From positions 1 to 43,439 of the IMG/VR virus record IMGVR_UViG_3300013296_000006: a DNA stretch of 43,439 nucleotides. One strand, 5' to 3'. The position numbers were made by a program, and so were the translations under genes. This document shows, piece by piece, positions 41,591-43,439 of the stretch. The number at the start of each line of letters is the position of its first letter. The first letter of the stretch is position 1. The notes beneath the pieces were generated by a model that did not search any database, was not told where the DNA came from, and was given only the letters and a program-made list of their open reading frames with translations. Source of the stretch: a virus.

Positions 41591-41904
41591 TGCCAAAGGG
41601 TATCCCCAAAGATATTACCGAAGCCAAGCGGGTGAATGTGTACTTACGGCCGCCGCAGCTTAAAACGCGTAAGCTGATTAGCAATTACTCGGCTTTCGTA
41701 CAAATCGCTACTGATAATGCCGCCGATATCATGGCATGGGCTATACTTAAAAAAGTAGACCCGAAAAAATATCATCCACTACACCAGTTAGATGAACCAG
41801 GACTAGTTGATGAATTTAACAAAAAATTCCCTGCTGATCCGCTAATACCAAAAGGCAAAAAATGGCCCAAGAACTCTCAGAAACTACCCGACGTACTATT
41901 CTAA
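41590..41904 (+). CDS. Hypothetical protein (104 aa), possibly RHH-like DNA-binding.
   Basis: TAATG coupling. KRVNVYLRPPQLKTRKLISNYSAFVQIA looks like a beta-strand plus helix. Overlaps the terL start by 43 nt. Confidence 0.45.
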   Translation: MPKGIPKDITEAKRVNVYLRPPQLKTRKLISNYSAFVQIATDNAADIMAWAILKKVDPKKYHPLHQLDEPGLVDEFNKKFPADPLIPKGKKWPKNSQKLPDVLF

Positions 41905-43439
41905 GCCGCATCCCTAACTACACCCAGTTACTTGAAGAGGATGCGGTTAATGCCGTCATTCGTGTTATTGCCGACGACTTCGAAATTTATACTGAACGTA
42001 ACCTGATGATCGAAGATAAAGACACGGGTGAGATCATTCCGTTTGTCTTTAACTGGGCGCAGCGTAAGCTTGTAGAGCTTGTTTTGGCGGATATCGCGGC
42101 TGGGGTGCCAGTCCGCTACATTATCTTAAAAGCGCGACAGATGGGGCTCAGTACTGTCATTGAGGCTCTTGGCTTTTGGTGGACGACTACCCACCGCAAC
42201 GTCAAGACGGTGATTATCGCCCATGAAACAGAGGCCGTTGACACGCTCTATGACATGTTCAAACGCTATTTTGATAACTGCCGCTTAGAGTTCCAGCCGT
42301 CTAGGAAGTACAACAACAAAAAGCAGCTTGTGTTTGACGTTGAGGATAAAATTAAGGAAGAGTACAAGGAACGCGGTGAGCGCAGCCCAGGGCTCGGCTC
42401 CAGTATTAAAACAATGGTGGCCAAAGAGGGTAAGGGTCGTTCACAGAACATTAAGTTTTTGCACGGTTCAGAGGTTGCCTTTTGGGAAGCTAAAGCCGAC
42501 TTCGTTTCGGCATCCATGCAGGCCGTACCATTAGCCCCTAATACCTTCGTCTTTTTGGAGTCCACCGCCAATGGTGTAGGTGGGTTCTTTTATAAAAGTT
42601 GGTTCAATGCTAAAAAGGGTAAATCTAACTTACGGGCTATTTTCTTCGCCTGGCATGAGCACAACGCCTATGAATTACCAGCACCGAAAACGGGGCTCAG
42701 TTATTACGATGATGAAGAGGCCAAGCTACTGGAGCTGTTTGAAAAGAAGGGTTATGAGCGTTGGCGTTGGGATCGCAAAATTATGTGGCGGCGCGAGAAA
42801 AAGAAGGAGTTTTTGGACGATCCTAAAAAGTTCTACCAGGAATACCCATCTACCGATATGGAAGCATTTTTGGCATCAGGCCGACCGAAATTCGACATGG
42901 ATATGCTGGTTAAAATGTGGCAGTATGCCGATGATCACCCTAGCCACAAGTATGGCCAGATAGTGCCGAATCCTGACCCCGTAGGCCGAGACCGCTACAT
43001 TTTCGAAGAGGTACCTGTCGCTATTGAAGGTACGGACCCGACACCACTAAAACTGTGGGAATTACCTATAAAGCGGCAACCTGGTATTCGCCAGGAGGCT
43101 ATGAAGTACGCTATCGGTGTGGATGTTTCCGAAGGTAAATTGAATAAAGAATCTGAGAAAAAAGAAAATGACTACTCGGTTATTGATGTGATTCGTGTCG
43201 ATAATTGGCAGACCGTTGCTCGTTGGCGCGGCCACATTGACCCTGATCTTTTAGGGCAGCAAGTGTATATGCTTGGCCGATTCTACAATGATGCTTTGGT
43301 GGGCGTTGAGGTTAATAACCACGGCCTGACGACTGTACAGAGTTTGCGTAACAAGTCGTACCCCAATTTGTACATGCGCGAAACTAATGAAGAGAATCGC
43401 TTTCAAGAGCGAACTGCAGTCATGGGTTGGCGCACTGAC
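41862..43439 (+). CDS. terL: Terminase large subunit, N-terminal and central part. It runs off the window end and continues at 124-510 after the overlap is removed.
   Basis: ATG at 41862, with no stop in frame to the window end. Motifs seen: ILKARQMGLST (Walker A-like), FLHGSEVAFW, VFLESTANGVGG, EYPSTDMEAF. Nuclease-type acidic motifs IGVDVSEG and DYSVIDV are present. Confidence 0.9.
   Translation, partial: MAQELSETTRRTILSRIPNYTQLLEEDAVNAVIRVIADDFEIYTERNLMIEDKDTGEIIPFVFNWAQRKLVELVLADIAAGVPVRYIILKARQMGLSTVIEALGFWWTTTHRNVKTVIIAHETEAVDTLYDMFKRYFDNCRLEFQPSRKYNNKKQLVFDVEDKIKEEYKERGERSPGLGSSIKTMVAKEGKGRSQNIKFLHGSEVAFWEAKADFVSASMQAVPLAPNTFVFLESTANGVGGFFYKSWFNAKKGKSNLRAIFFAWHEHNAYELPAPKTGLSYYDDEEAKLLELFEKKGYERWRWDRKIMWRREKKKEFLDDPKKFYQEYPSTDMEAFLASGRPKFDMDMLVKMWQYADDHPSHKYGQIVPNPDPVGRDRYIFEEVPVAIEGTDPTPLKLWELPIKRQPGIRQEAMKYAIGVDVSEGKLNKESEKKENDYSVIDVIRVDNWQTVARWRGHIDPDLLGQQVYMLGRFYNDALVGVEVNNHGLTTVQSLRNKSYPNLYMRETNEENRFQERTAVMGWRTD
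43317..43439. repeat. Terminal direct repeat, copy B (identical to 1-123).
   Basis: Exact 123-nt identity with the window start. The reading frame of the ORF starting at 41862 continues seamlessly into position 1. Confidence 0.95.

Noticed and set aside
42266-42963. ORFs 42266-42571 (-), 42328-42534 (+) and 42580-42963 (+).
   Set aside because: They lie inside the open terL frame. That frame is missing from the track only because it runs off the window end.

Overview
The window is one complete double-stranded DNA phage genome. Bases 1-123 repeat exactly at 43317-43439, and the repeat lies inside an uninterrupted large-terminase ORF. This implies a circular or circularly permuted unit of 43,316 bp.

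The genome has two arms that diverge from a control region at about 39.0-40.4 kb and converge on terminators at about 22.9-23.15 kb.

- **Rightward (+) arm, 39442 across the junction to 22899.** It holds a terS-like gene, a zinc-ribbon/RecA-like ATPase, terL, portal, scaffold and major capsid. These are followed by head or tail fibre-like proteins, a 225-aa plus 672-aa adaptor/nozzle-like pair, a 1306-aa ejection-type protein and a tail-collar fibre. A lysis cassette closes the arm: membrane proteins, an Rv2525c-like glycosidase, a papain-like peptidase and a holin-like protein. The gene order looks podovirus-like. I found no tape measure, sheath, RNA polymerase or DNA polymerase.
- **Leftward (-) arm, about 39210 down to 23451.** It is a tightly coupled early operon, with ATGA or TAATG junctions nearly everywhere. 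It encodes an SF2 helicase, a replisome-organizer-like HTH protein, a DnaB-like helicase, a DnaG-like primase, a PD-(D/E)XK exonuclease, an SSB-like protein, RusA and an HNH-like protein. It also carries many small proteins of unknown function and ends with a holin-like plus secreted lysozyme-like pair.

I saw no integrase, repressor, tRNA, CRISPR array or reverse transcriptase.

The signals most worth follow-up are:
- eight copies of an 11-12 nt motif (TTAGCGTAACA) in the 590-bp non-coding region between terS and the RecA-like gene;
- a family of near-identical leftward promoters with a conserved spacer element;
- an apparently leaderless terS-like gene;
- a structural protein made of 12 tandem repeats;
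- an HNH/RusA out-of-frame overlap;
- a second lysis-like module;
- a block of small acidic early proteins.

All functional calls come from motif recognition by eye. No database search was run.
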